NCBI RefSeq assembly: GCF_018350175.1
Contig: NC_058368.1
Coordinates: forward strand, 63,304,001-63,368,000
Length of the DNA stretch: 64,000 bases
Source of the DNA: Felis catus
Taxonomy: Eukaryota
Direction of reading: 5' to 3'
The notes beneath the pieces were generated by a model that was given only the letters and a program-made list of their open reading frames with translations, had not been told where the DNA came from and made no database searches. Of the stretch, positions 49,171-60,900 are shown in pieces; position 1 is the first letter of the stretch; every line of letters begins with the position of its first letter. The position numbers were made by a program, and so were the translations under genes.

Positions 49171-51929
49171 TCTCTTTGTGTCTGCTTCTGTGTTTTAGGA
49201 AAGTCAACTATATGCCCTACTCTTGAAAGAGTGGCTTTTTGAAGCAGAGGTTCTGTAGTTCCTTGCAGTGCAATATCCCCTGTTCAGTAGAACCTGGCAC
49301 TTCAGGGTTGTCTCCCATGTGTGTTGATTGCACCTTGCTGTTGTGGCTGAGTCACTTTTTCCTTCAGTCCAATTGTCTGGCTCTCTTTGCCTGTTGTGGC
49401 AGTGTATGGTCCCTGTGGTGTTAGTGGGCCAGTCTGGACCCGCCTGGGCTTAAGTTGAGTCATACCATGCATTTGCAAGATGTAGTAGCACCAAACTTCA
49501 GGGCACTTTCCCTGCTTTGTCCCCTGAGCTTTCTCCTGCAGTCTCCTGCAGTCGTCCTGCAGTACGACCAGATGTCTGCCCCCAGCTCACTGCTGGGACC
49601 ACAGTCTGACTGGTGTGTGTGCTTATCTTTCCCTCTCCCTGGCACAGAAGTCTCATTGGAGTGGTGCTGGCCCCTCTCTGGGCTGCTTTCACACTGCCAG
49701 GCTTATTATACAACTTTGGATGGCCTCTGGCCATGAGCATATTGGGGGGAGTGGATCCACAATGTGCACAGTGTGGGGCATGGTGTTTTTGGCAAGGGTT
49801 GTGCCAGTCCTCTAGGAGAGGGGAACTGCAGTAGTGGACTGAGGTTGGCCTGGCTAGAAGGGGTGGATACTCTGAAGCACAAGTAGGAGGGCTGGTGTTG
49901 TCAGCAAGTTAGGTAGTGAGTGTGGTGGTGTGCTGATTTGTGCAGGTGACGGTGAGTTTATGTTGGGAGCAGGGTAGGGAAATGGCACCTGCCAGCTCCC
50001 CTGCTCCTGAAGGAGTCTCCCAGTTATCTCTTTCCCTTCATGATGTGCTCTGAGATGAGTAAACAAGTCTCCCTCCAGTAAGTACCAGGTGTTTTTCAAA
50101 CTGCTGCTTCTCTGCTGTATCTCAGAGGGGCTGTTTGTTGTTCTCTCTCTTTTAGGGTGGGGACTCAATTTCCTCTCACCCTCCCACTCTTCCAGAGCAT
50201 AGCCCACTGGTTTTTAAAATTCCAGGTTTTAAGTCCTGCTGGTTGTAAGCACTCATGAAATCCAGTCCCTTTAGTTTTCAAAGCCAAATGTTATGGGGAT
50301 TTGTGTTCTCCATGCGGGCTTCCAGGTGTAATAGTTTGCCTCTCTCTCTGTCTACATGTGCAGGCCCCTCCCTCCATCAGATAGTGCTGTGGGTATTTAG
50401 TTCACTACTGGTCTCTGTTCTTCATACTCTCTTTGGGGTTGCTTCTTCTCTGCCTTTAGCTTTGGTGTTTGTTCTGCCAGTCTTTGAGTCATTTTCTGGG
50501 TTATTTACAATGATGTGAGTGTTACAATGATGTTAGTTGTATCTGTGTAATGAAGTAGCCTAGGGTCCTCCTACTTCACCATCTTTCCAGCCTTTCTCTT
50601 CTCTATTTTTGACTTGAAGGTGGACATGTTTCCTGTAAGAAATTAAAATGTTCTGGTATAATATTTAGAAGAATATTGACCCTGTCACAGTGAAGAAAAT
50701 CCAGACTACTTTTCAGGACAAAGCAATTTTTATGTAGCTTAATTAAAACTATAGGAAGAAAATGTATTGCAACCAAACTGGTGTCAGACAAGTCTCCTGA
50801 ATAGACCAACAAGGTGAATAAGATGAAAACCTTAAACTGTCTCATGCACTATTTATGTGCCCGTTGAAAGACACACTGTCTACTTCTTTGGGCTACCCAC
50901 CATTTTAAAAATTATTTTCTCATTTCTTTATTATGTGTATTATTATTTCTTTATTATGTTGCAAGAAAGTGTGAGGTTTCCTCCAAATGACATTAACACA
51001 CACAAAAAAGTAGAATTTTAAATAAAAAGTTGTCTTGAGGTTTTATTTTCAACTCTTCCCATCAACACTTCTGATGCTGACTATATTTAGTGAAACTTCC
51101 TTTATAAGTGTGTAACGACCCTTTCTGCTATAACTATCCCTGTTATTATTAACAGCTAAAATTTGAGGTGTGACTTTTCACATGCCAAAAGTATTTCATT
51201 TTTTTTGAGGTGTCAAATCCTTTTTTTAATTGTTGGCTTTACCCAAAGGCTAAAATCATTCCAGAAAGTAATATAAAATGTATTTCAAAAACATTACCAA
51301 AGTAATTTTAAAATGTAGATTTTTTTAAATTATAAATACACCAATACATGTTAGATACAGAAAATTTATGTCTGCAGAATAGTTATTTGAAACATTTGAA
51401 TGTCTCTTTTCAGATTTCTTGAAGCAATATTATAATGCCAAAAAAATGGTTAAGTTTCTGAAGGATACAAAAGAAAGAAATCTAAACAATCCATATGTAA
51501 GTCCCATGACTACATAAAAATTACTGCATCCATAATAACCATAACAACAGAGAAAAATGTATGCATTTGAAAGTTTTTCTAATGTATGTAGTAATATTAT
51601 TATACAATGATGTCATCACATACCTTCCAGTGTATATTACTTCAGTTATTTTAAGTAACTTAATTTTACTAGATCTTTGTTTCTGTATTTCTCAATTGCA
51701 AAGCCACCACACATTGAAGGGAAAGCTGTCTTTGCATGAGAACATTTTGTGGCTGATATAGAACATGCAGACTAGACTGAATGGGGAGTCCTAGCTTATG
51801 GACTGAAACAGGGAAGGCTGAAATCTAACGAGCACAGCCTAATCTAGGCTATATCTTTTACCAGCACATCAAGAAACAAGTTTGGAGGGTCAAGTCCTAA
51901 AGCTCCTCCAGAGGGAAGGTACTACTGAC

Positions 51930-52090
51930 ATTCCTTATTGCATTTAATCCTCCTAATAGCCCTTTCTGTTGGGTTCTGCTATGGTTCTCGTGTTACAAAT
52001 AGAAGATACCGAGGCACAAACAGCCAGTCATAAGCAAGGGTTTGAATTAAAGATTTCTTTGGTTGTAGATGCAGGTTCATTCTACTGATC
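51930..52090 (-). mobile_element. MIR fragment
   Basis: catttaatcctcctaatagccct...ttacaaatagaagataccgaggcac. Confidence 0.65.
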
Positions 52091-52584
52091 ATACTTTCTT
52101 GCCGAACAAAGAACTGAGAGATTTACAGAGGGGTAAAGAGGGTCAAGGCCTATTTATTTATAAAATGACATTATTTATAAATAAATAATGGCATGTGTGT
52201 GTGTGTATGAATATATATTCATACATACATTGAGAAGGAGAATGTACATATATGTAATGATGTACCTGTGGTTTGGTAGAAAATAGAAAGTTTTAAGAGC
52301 AAATATAAAAAATGTAAAATATAAAGATTAAAAAACAGGAGGATTAATGCTAAATTGCTTATTTAGTAAAGAAGATTTTTTTCCCTGTACATTTCCATAC
52401 TTGAAATCACTTCTCCACAAGTATTTAGGTCATCCTTCATTCACATTAAGAGAAATTAATTGCTTTCCATTTCAATTTATTTTTTCTTCAAGCTAGCTAG
52501 TTTTTTTTCCTTGGTATTAGAGACTCATGCTTCACAGACGCCATGAACTTAAAAAAAAAAAAAGTTAATGACAAGGAAGGAATG

Positions 52585-52730
52585 AAAGGATTAGAATTTG
52601 AACTTTATCTTCACATTGCCTGGATTCAAATCAACTGTACCTCAGTTTTCTCTCCCGTAAGATGGAAGTTGTGAGGATTAAATCAGAAGATACAAAAAAA
52701 GCACTTAAGGCATCTGATAAACATTAAATC
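52585..52730 (+). mobile_element. MIR fragment
   Basis: ctgtacctcagttttctctcccgtaagatgg...gttgtgaggattaaat...aaagcactta. Confidence 0.65.
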
Positions 52731-52903
52731 ATAGCTCTCACATCAAAGTAACGCACAGAAGTGATCATTTGAATGTCTTAGATACTAAAACCACCTCAGT
52801 GGTCAATAATTCATATTAGATCTTCATTGGATTATTGAATCAATTTTCTAACAAATAAAATATTGATTATCATTTGCCCTAAATCTTTAAATAAGGTTTT
52901 CTT

Positions 52904-53091
52904 TTGAAATTTTTTTTACATTTTTTATTTTAGAGAGAGAGTGGGAGAGAGGTAGAGAGAGAGAATCTTAAGCAGGCTTAGTGCTCAACACAGAACCCCA
53001 CGTGGGGCTCAATCCCACGACTGTGCAAATTCATCACCAGAACTGAAATCAAAAGTCTTAGCTTAACCGACTAAGCTACCTTAGACACCCC
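52904..53091 (-). mobile_element. CAN-SINE
   Basis: TSD taaataaggttttctt at 52888-52903 and 53096-53111. Confidence 0.9.
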
Positions 53092-54139
53092 AAAATAAAT
53101 AAGGTTTTCTTATAATTGAAAGATACTCTATAGGTACAAATTTCCCATGTCTCTTGACCTTGAAACCACACTCTAAGCCATTCATGAATCACTTCATTTA
53201 GGCACTTGGAAGTGTTAAACTAGAAAAATACAGATGAACAATATCCCTAATGTTACACTGTAAAAGATTTACTCATAAGTAAACAAGAGAATCATGATTA
53301 GCATCTTCCTGAAGTATGACTATTTTGAAAGTCTGAAAAGAATAATAAGCTCTGTAGGTTAAGCATTTTACCTCTGAAATTCCTGATTTCCTGAGGGTTA
53401 GATTAAGAAAGGTATGGTTGAATAATTAATGCCCAGGATTCCAAGAGTAAGACTGTATTGCCCCCAAGTAGCAATAAGTTAACTTTCATTTATAACTAAC
53501 ATATTGTAACATGTGCATGTGCTCACTGCTTTGTGTGATTAAGTCAAACCTGGAGATAATTGGGTTTGTTCTTTGTTCTTGCATTTGTTATTTGTCAGCA
53601 ATAGAGGAATTACTCTAGGTGCCTACATGAATTTCAGATATCATAGGTATGATGGGATAATATCTATGGTGATAATATAATATCTCTAATATCTATCTAA
53701 TACTAAACCATTTTTTGTTTACCAATGCCTAGAATATGGCACAGACAAGTGCTCAGTAAGTTATCTGTTGACTAAGTGAAGAAATGAGTAAGGCGAAGCT
53801 TTGAAGTTACTGACTTACGAAGGAAGACGGAAAGAAGACTCAAGATAGAGGTGGCAGGAAAAAGAAAGTAGCAATCTATTAGGTGAGAGTAATAACATGG
53901 TGCCAAAAGACACAGAAAATTAAATATCCAACAAATTCAACACACATTTTTTAGTCACATTTTTGTGTTCATTATTTTCCACATTTCAGTCTTTTTTTTT
54001 AAGGTCTTTCACCGTTTGCCATATTAGGTAACCCCTATGGGGTATTTTTCTTTAAATGAAGCTTAAATGAACTCACTTTTTAAAAATGTTCCCCATTCTA
54101 CACAGTATTACCTGTCAGATCATGGGTTTGATTCTTCAT

Positions 54140-54463
54140 CCCTATTTCTCAAACTTTGTTATGTGCACGAGTCACCTGGAGACAAAACTAAGGTTAAACA
54201 TCTGACTCTTGATTTTGGCTCAGGTCATGATCTCACAGTTGTGAGATCAAGCCCCAAGTCTGGCTCAGACCTAAGCATGGAGCCTACTTAAAATTCTCTC
54301 TCCCTTTTCCTCTACCCTTCCCCCATGTGAACACTGTCTGTCTGCATGTCTGTCTGTCTCTCAAAAAAAAAAAAAAAAGATTCTGGTGCATTAAGTCTGG
54401 GTGGGGCACATTTCTGCATTTCTCATGAGCTCCCAGTGAGGCTGAGGACACACTTTGAATATT
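54140..54463. mobile_element. MER5A-like MITE interrupted by a SINE
   Basis: ttctcaaactt...gagtcacctggaga / gattctggtgcattaagtctgggtgggg...cacactttga. Confidence 0.75.
54192..54378 (+). mobile_element. 5'-truncated CAN-SINE
   Basis: Starts ggttaaacatctgactcttgattttggctcaggtcatg; poly-A tail. Confidence 0.88.
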
Positions 54464-54469
54464 AGGAAG

Positions 54470-54471
<2 letters not shown>

Positions 54472-54512
<41 letters not shown>
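54472..54512. repeat. (CA)n microsatellite
   Basis: Visible tandem repeat. Confidence 0.97.
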
Positions 54513-54514
<2 letters not shown>

Positions 54515-55335
54515 AATATATACTCAAATCCTAAACTAGCAATGTTTTAAAATTTATCTTAATATCCTGTGAAATCATCTCAGCTACCCCACCAGTGGTA
54601 AATCTAATGATATAAATAGACATTCTGCTGGGATTGAAAAAAAGTATTTGAAATGTCCTTTGTATTTAGACAACTCACTGTGTCAAGAAGAAAGGTATTT
54701 ATGTAAGAAACCAAGATAACATATGCTATGGGCTATCCTAGAGCTTGGTACAAAACCCTTCGAGAAAACCCTACAAAGTTTGGGGAAGGCCATGGAAGAA
54801 GCATGTCTCAGTGGCTGAGGAGAAGCTTTCACAGGATGACCCAGAATACAGGCTGTCTGCTGCCTGCCACTGGGCCCCTGTTGTCAGACTGTGCCCCATG
54901 CAAAAAAACCCAGCTGAGGCTATATGGGCTCTCTGCTTATCTCTCTCCACGGTCTTTCACAGGACAGGACCGCATCAGCCTGAGTAGGGGTTCTTTTTGA
55001 AACCATCTTCCCTTAGATGGGGGTGGGGTAAACTTTTGGGACTTTATCTGCTTAGGAAAGGCCCCCTTTTCTCTTTCTTTAAGAGGCCCCTTTTCTAATC
55101 CTTCTTCCTGAAGGAGCATCTGTATTCTAATTTGTATAGACCCCATAGAGCCACACACTGTATATTATGAGCATAATTTCTTGCCAGATGGGGTTCAATT
55201 TCCTTCCCCTTTCTTAACTTTCTCTCCCATTATTATGAAGAGAATGGATAGTTTGAGGGGAGCAGGGGTGCAAAGAAGCTCCAGTCCTTGCTGAGTCATA
55301 GTGGCCTCTCTTCAGTATTCTTCCTATTTACTCTC

Positions 55336-55666
55336 TGCTTTAGGCAAAATAATGGCTCCCCCAAGGTGTCCGTGTTCTAATTTCCTGAATCTGTGAATTT
55401 GTTGTGATACATGATAGAGGGGAATTATGGTTGCAGATGGAATTAATGTTGCTAATTGGCTGACTTTAAAATAAAGTATCCTGGCATATCCAGATGAGTT
55501 CCATGTAATCACAAGGTTTTTTTTTTTTTAAGTGGAAGAAGGAGGGGTGCCTGGGTGGCTCAGGCAGTTGAGGGTTGACTCTTGATTTTGGCTCAGGTCA
55601 TGATCCTGGGGTCATGGGCTCAAACCCTTTGCTGGGCTCCATGCTGGGTGTGGAGCCTGCTTGGGA

Positions 55667-55754
<88 letters not shown>

Positions 55755-56087
55755 TAATAAATAAAAAATTAAAGAGTTTTTTTTAAGTGGAAAAGGGAAG
55801 CAGGAGAAGAGGTTAGACTAATGTGAAATAAAAAGGACTGGACACAACATGTCTTTGCAGGAGATGGGGGCCAAAGCCAAGGACTGTAAGCAGCTTCTAG
55901 AAACTGGAAAGGGTAGGCAGCTGATTCTCACCTAGAGCCTCCAAAAGTAGAACAGCTCTGCCAACAGCTTGATCTTAGCCCACTGAGATCCACATCAAAC
56001 TCTGACCCACAGAATTGTAAAATAATAGTTTTGTGTTAAGCCAATAGGCAGTAGCATTTTGTAACAGCAGCAATGGAAATGAATACA
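55336..56087 (+). mobile_element. MLT1D-like MaLR LTR interrupted by a SINE
   Basis: aggcaaaataatggctccccc...ttgcagatggaattaa...gattctcacctagagcctcc...tttgtaacagcagcaatggaaatgaataca. Confidence 0.88.
55544..55775 (+). mobile_element. CAN-SINE with (CT)n(CA)n
   Basis: SINE head; TSD ttttttaagtggaagaagga / ttttttaagtggaaaaggga. Confidence 0.92.
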
Positions 56088-56264
56088 CCCTCTCTCTGGT
56101 TCCAGAGACCCCTCTGTTTTGCCTCTTTTTGTTTCCAGTATGCTACCCTTTCCTGATTTGATATCTTTTACCTCTCCTTCACAATCTCTTTTGTTAAGTT
56201 CTCCTTATTATCTCTAAAAATACATTCTTCCCCAGGTTACACAGTTAGTTCCCTTTAGTCATGC

Positions 56265-56683
56265 TGCAGGAATCACAGATTGGCTGAACATGGCCCAGGG
56301 TCAGCTTGCAGATATGTTTTCTTAGGCCTCAGTGTTTTTCACAAGCCAAACTGAACTGCATTTAGGTGAGATATGTATCCTCTTATTTTTCATAATTCTT
56401 ATTATCCCATACTGCATTTAACCTGACCTGCTTCCCTGGTTTGTGTGATTTGCTTTGTCCTTAAAGGTTTTGAGTTGAGGGGCACCTGGGTGGCTCAGCC
56501 GGTTAAGCGTCCGACTTCGGCTCAGGTCATGATCTCACGGTCCGTGAGTTCGAGCCCCGTGTAGTGCTCTGTGCTGACAGCTCAGAGCCTGTAGCCTGCT
56601 TCAGATTCTGTGTCTCCCTCTCTCTCTGGCCCTCCCCCATTCATGCTCTGTCTCTCTCTGTCTCAAGAATAAACATTAAAAAC

Positions 56684-56722
<39 letters not shown>

Positions 56723-56742
56723 TTTTGAGTTGAAGATCCCTC
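56265..56742. mobile_element. hAT-Charlie (MER102/MER58-like) relic interrupted by a SINE
   Basis: cagcttgcagatatgttttcttaggcc; end ttttgagttgaagatccct. Confidence 0.4.
56479..56720 (+). mobile_element. Young SINEC_Fc with A33 tail
   Basis: Perfect TSD aaaggttttgagttga (56463-56478 / 56718-56733); CpGs retained. Confidence 0.97.
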
Positions 56743-57149
56743 TTTCAAGCCATAAATGTGTATTAAGATGTTAAGATGTTACATTAAAAAGGATTATTGG
56801 GTCAAATAGGTTTAGGAAATGCCAACTTAGGCAAAGTAAGGTAAGTTGTTAATATGTTGGGAATTGACAGCCTTGATTATGTTAATTATCACATATCTAT
56901 GTATATGTATCTATGTACAGCTATATATATGGCTGTATAGTTGTATATAGCAGATAGCTGCCTATAGCATGCAGCATCTTCCTAATTTATATCTTTAGGA
57001 ACTAGTGGAGCACCTTATAGGTAGAATAGTCCAAGTATATACATTGAGGTTTATCATTCAGTATACTCTTTTCATCTCTTCCCATTAACTGCAACCATTG
57101 CTTATATCTTGATGAATCCCCCAAGCTATACATATAATAAATCAAACAC

Positions 57150-57350
57150 TTTTAAAGCATGTACCGTGAAAGCAGGTAGTGCTTTCACACCTACAAGCTG
57201 ATTCACAATGCTGATACGATAGTAGGCATTATTCTCATTTTATTTTATTGTGAAAAAACTGAGATCTAGAGAGCTTGTCATATTCCCAGTGTCACACAAC
57301 TAGAAAGCTGCAAAGTTGAAATGTGAACTCAACTTGCTCTGGAGTCTGCA
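57150..57350 (-). mobile_element. MIR fragment
   Basis: gtaggcattattctcatttt...gaaaaaactgagatctagaga...gtcacacaactag. Confidence 0.7.
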
Positions 57351-57399
57351 CTGAACTCACACCTCCATGTGAGGTGCTCTTGAGCTGAACCTGTGGGTC

Positions 57400-57595
57400 C
57401 AATGTAAGAAAACACTTCCTACCCAGAGGTGATTGAAAAGCTAGCAAGCTATCTCAGATCAGGTTGAATTCATTGCCTCCAGAGATGTTCAAGAAGAGAC
57501 TGAGGAAAATTCTTAGAAGGGGATTTTATGGGAAGCATAACGACTGGAGACAACTAATTCATCCAAAAGGTCTTTCCAAAGAAGAGATTCTAAAA
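57400..57595 (+). mobile_element. CR1/L3-like 3' fragment
   Basis: gtaagaaaacacttcct...agagatgttcaagaagagactg...aaggtctttccaa...gattct. Confidence 0.5.
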
Positions 57596-57906
57596 AGATG
57601 AGAGAGTCTGTTCTGTCTGGGAAGGTACCATGAGCAAAGATGAGGACTGTGGTTTGGAAGTAGACCAACCTGGCTATTATGAAAAACTTATGGAGAGAAA
57701 TAGTTGCAAGTAATGCTACAAAGGTATGTCAGAAAAATAGGGGTTTGATAATCCTTTAACTGATGGGGAGCCAAAAATATCTCATCAGGAAAGTGACAGA
57801 TAATTTTTATATACTAAGTGATTTGAAGGAAATTAGTCAAATGATAGTCATGATCTACTGAGCGGTGTCTCATCAGGCCTGTATTGCATCTTCTCTTCCT
57901 CCTCCT

Positions 57907-57924
57907 TTCCACTAGGTGGCACCA
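57907..57924 (+). promoter_or_regulatory. CTCF-binding motif
   Basis: CCACTAGGTGGCAC (57909-57922) fits the CTCF core consensus. Confidence 0.6.
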
Positions 57925-60900
57925 GAACTCAAAGTCAAGCATCTGGAAAAGGCTATCTGTTCTAAGCCTTTATTGTTGAATGGATGACTTGTATAAAGAT
58001 ATTTGAAGTGATGTGAACATATCAAAAAATACTTTTATTGCCAATTCCTAATATGCCTCTTCATTCACCCTGGGGTATTTTTCCAGTAGGTAACAATTTT
58101 CGGCTTAACTGACTGTAACGTTCTGAGGAAGAGCTTCTGGGGACTGTGCCAGTTTAGAGTACTGTTGTAGACCAACATATTAACACTGTCCTGCAGAAAT
58201 TGCTAACAGCCAGCTGGAAGTTGATACAGTGGAATTTATTCAACTCTTGATGGCTTCAATAAGGGTGGAACTGTTCTAATTCTTAAGACAGGGCAGATTT
58301 TCAGGTGGCCGGTTGAATTACCTCCTAGACATTTAACTCTACTTAGAGTTGGAAAGGGTGAAAACCTGAGCTAACTTACTGCCTAATTCTTCAGGAAAGA
58401 AATATGAGAGCCCAGCACATTGTCCCCTCTTTGCTTTAGGAACGCCTTTCTCAATATAAACTAGTTTACACGGAAGAAGGTTCCTCCTTTGCACATTACT
58501 TAATTGAAACTTCTTTCTTAATGGTACAGTTCTGCTTTTGTTTAGTCTTTTGAAAGGATGGTGGGAAAGTAAGCTTTCAATTTGATGACAAGTTTGTGTT
58601 CTCACAAATCTGTATAAAAAAGCAGTCATTTCTGGTCACTTGTCAATATGTGTATAGGGACAAAAGTACCCTAAATTGGGATTCCTATTTTAAATATCTA
58701 AGACTAGTTCACATGATTCAAAGAATCAGAAAGCAAATGGCATATCTCCCAAATCACAGGTAAGTGGGCACATGGCATTTTTCCCTAATCCTTCAAACTG
58801 AAATTTGAGGAAGAAACACAAAGTTAGTGAACATGTCACAAAGGAGGTATTGTTTAAAGATCAATAGGCTTTTGTCTAAATACCATAGTCTCCATTTTTC
58901 CCTGATTCTAAAGAAAAGGAAAAAAAGATATATGTACTCTGCTTAATTTTGTTTATTTGAAATGTTTATGCTTTAGTTTTCCCAGACCTGCTTCTTCCAA
59001 AATGGGAAATAGAAGAGGGAGGCTAAAATAGATGATAGAATTATGGACTTAGATAAATAATTAATGGCCTGGAGTAATTAGCTGGAAGATATTTAATCAT
59101 TAATCTGTCTGAGTCATCACAGGCATTTGAGTCTACCCACAAAATATTGTACTAATTATGAGTGTATATATTTTGTCAAAATGGAAATTAATATATGATG
59201 AGAATTAGCACCTTGAAAAATTAAAATATGGAACATGTCTGTTTAGTCTACTCTTTGTTAAAGATAAACAGAATTTCGCTTTTCTTTATTTTACCTAATA
59301 AGAAAAAACTTATATAAACTCCATCTGTATGTATTATCAAGAAATTTGACTTCTTGGTTAGGGAGGCAAAGTAGTTGGATAGTTTTGTCTTTCTTGAAGG
59401 ACTTCTCCCAGGGAAAAAAATAAAAATAAAGCAAAAAATAATAATAATAAAACAAAACCAAAAACACTTCACTATTAAAGTATCTGGTAAACAATTAGGG
59501 TTCTTTCAGAGGACTTGAGGGAAAAAAATGTCCTTTAACATAATGCTACGTTTTGCAATTTATGGCTATGTTCTTCAATGTGGTGTTTTCCAATACAATT
59601 TTATTACAGGCTCTAAATTATACTTTCACAGGAAAGGTCTGTCTTTAAACTTTTAGGTCAGAATTGTTCAGATCTTTTCACACTGAATCAATCAGGTTTA
59701 AAGCTGGCAAAATCCTTGGCAGCCTTGTAAATCTTTCAAAAGATGTTATCCAATTACCCTTCATGGGCCACAGGATTCTACAGCGTGACTATTTCCTTCT
59801 CTATGAGGAATTAAGTGCTCATGAGAGGTTAGAAACCAATGGAGTTGAAAAGTAAGGTTCTGCATTTTTCCTCCAGTTCACATGGTATAGATATAGCTGC
59901 AGCCACTAATATATTGTGAGATCTGCCAGACACTCTGACCTAAACAGAGGCCCTGACATCATTGATGTTTTGTATTTGTTTTAAATAAAAATGTATATAT
60001 AATAATGCCAGAATGGTTCCTGTTACAAAACCTTATTTTGGACCTGTATTAAGAACTTAACTCTAAAGATATATCCCCAATAGAAAGCATAAGAGACCAC
60101 TATTGCTCTTACTTAAGTCTTTCAAGGAAAACAAAATTTTAGGTACATTCAATAAATACACATGGGATTGAAAAAGAAAATAACAAAAAGATAAATATAC
60201 CTCTTTGGGTTTTGAACTTTTAAAAAATGTGCTTATTTTCCATTTAAAAAAACACATATTAATCTCTGTTAGTTCCTCCTCCTCTAGGTTGCCAGTATAG
60301 AATACTAATAAAAAGCTAAGGAGACATTCAATTTATATAAAAGCCTATTTCATGCCACTTGGTTTCAAGGGGAAAAATCATGGGCAGAATCATTTTGAAA
60401 TAATTTTTCAAGGAAAACTGGGAAGATAGATTCCTTCACAGAAGTTAGGAAAGCATTGCTCTCCTTTGTAATGTAAAAAGCCAGAGTGGAGGTTATGGGA
60501 TTCCAGTTGCACCTCTGACCTCAAAGCCTCTGGAGTCAGTCATTTGTCATGACCCTTGACCTTTGGCAAATCACGACCCTGACTCTCTGTTTCACTTGAT
60601 TTTTACTACCTATAACAAAAGGTCTTCCCCCTTCTGGAATACATAAACAGAAGTCATATAAATGTTTGAAAATAATTTATCGGCCAACAATCTGGCAAAG
60701 AGAGGATAAGTATCAAAAACAAAAAAAACAAGGAAAGCACAAAGCATGAAGGCAAATGCTCTCACATTTAAAATGTCCTCCAGTGGAGTAGATTGATTTC
60801 AGGGGCTACAGTGCAAACAGTTGGCCACATGTTTCCTCTTTTAGGATCTTTGTTTTCTTTGATTTAAAATGTGATGTAGCAAGAGGTAGGAAGGTCAGTG

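Noticed and set aside
54640..55330. Moderately GC-rich segment with overlapping short ORFs
   Set aside because: Probably an old LTR-type relic that I cannot assign; no coding evidence
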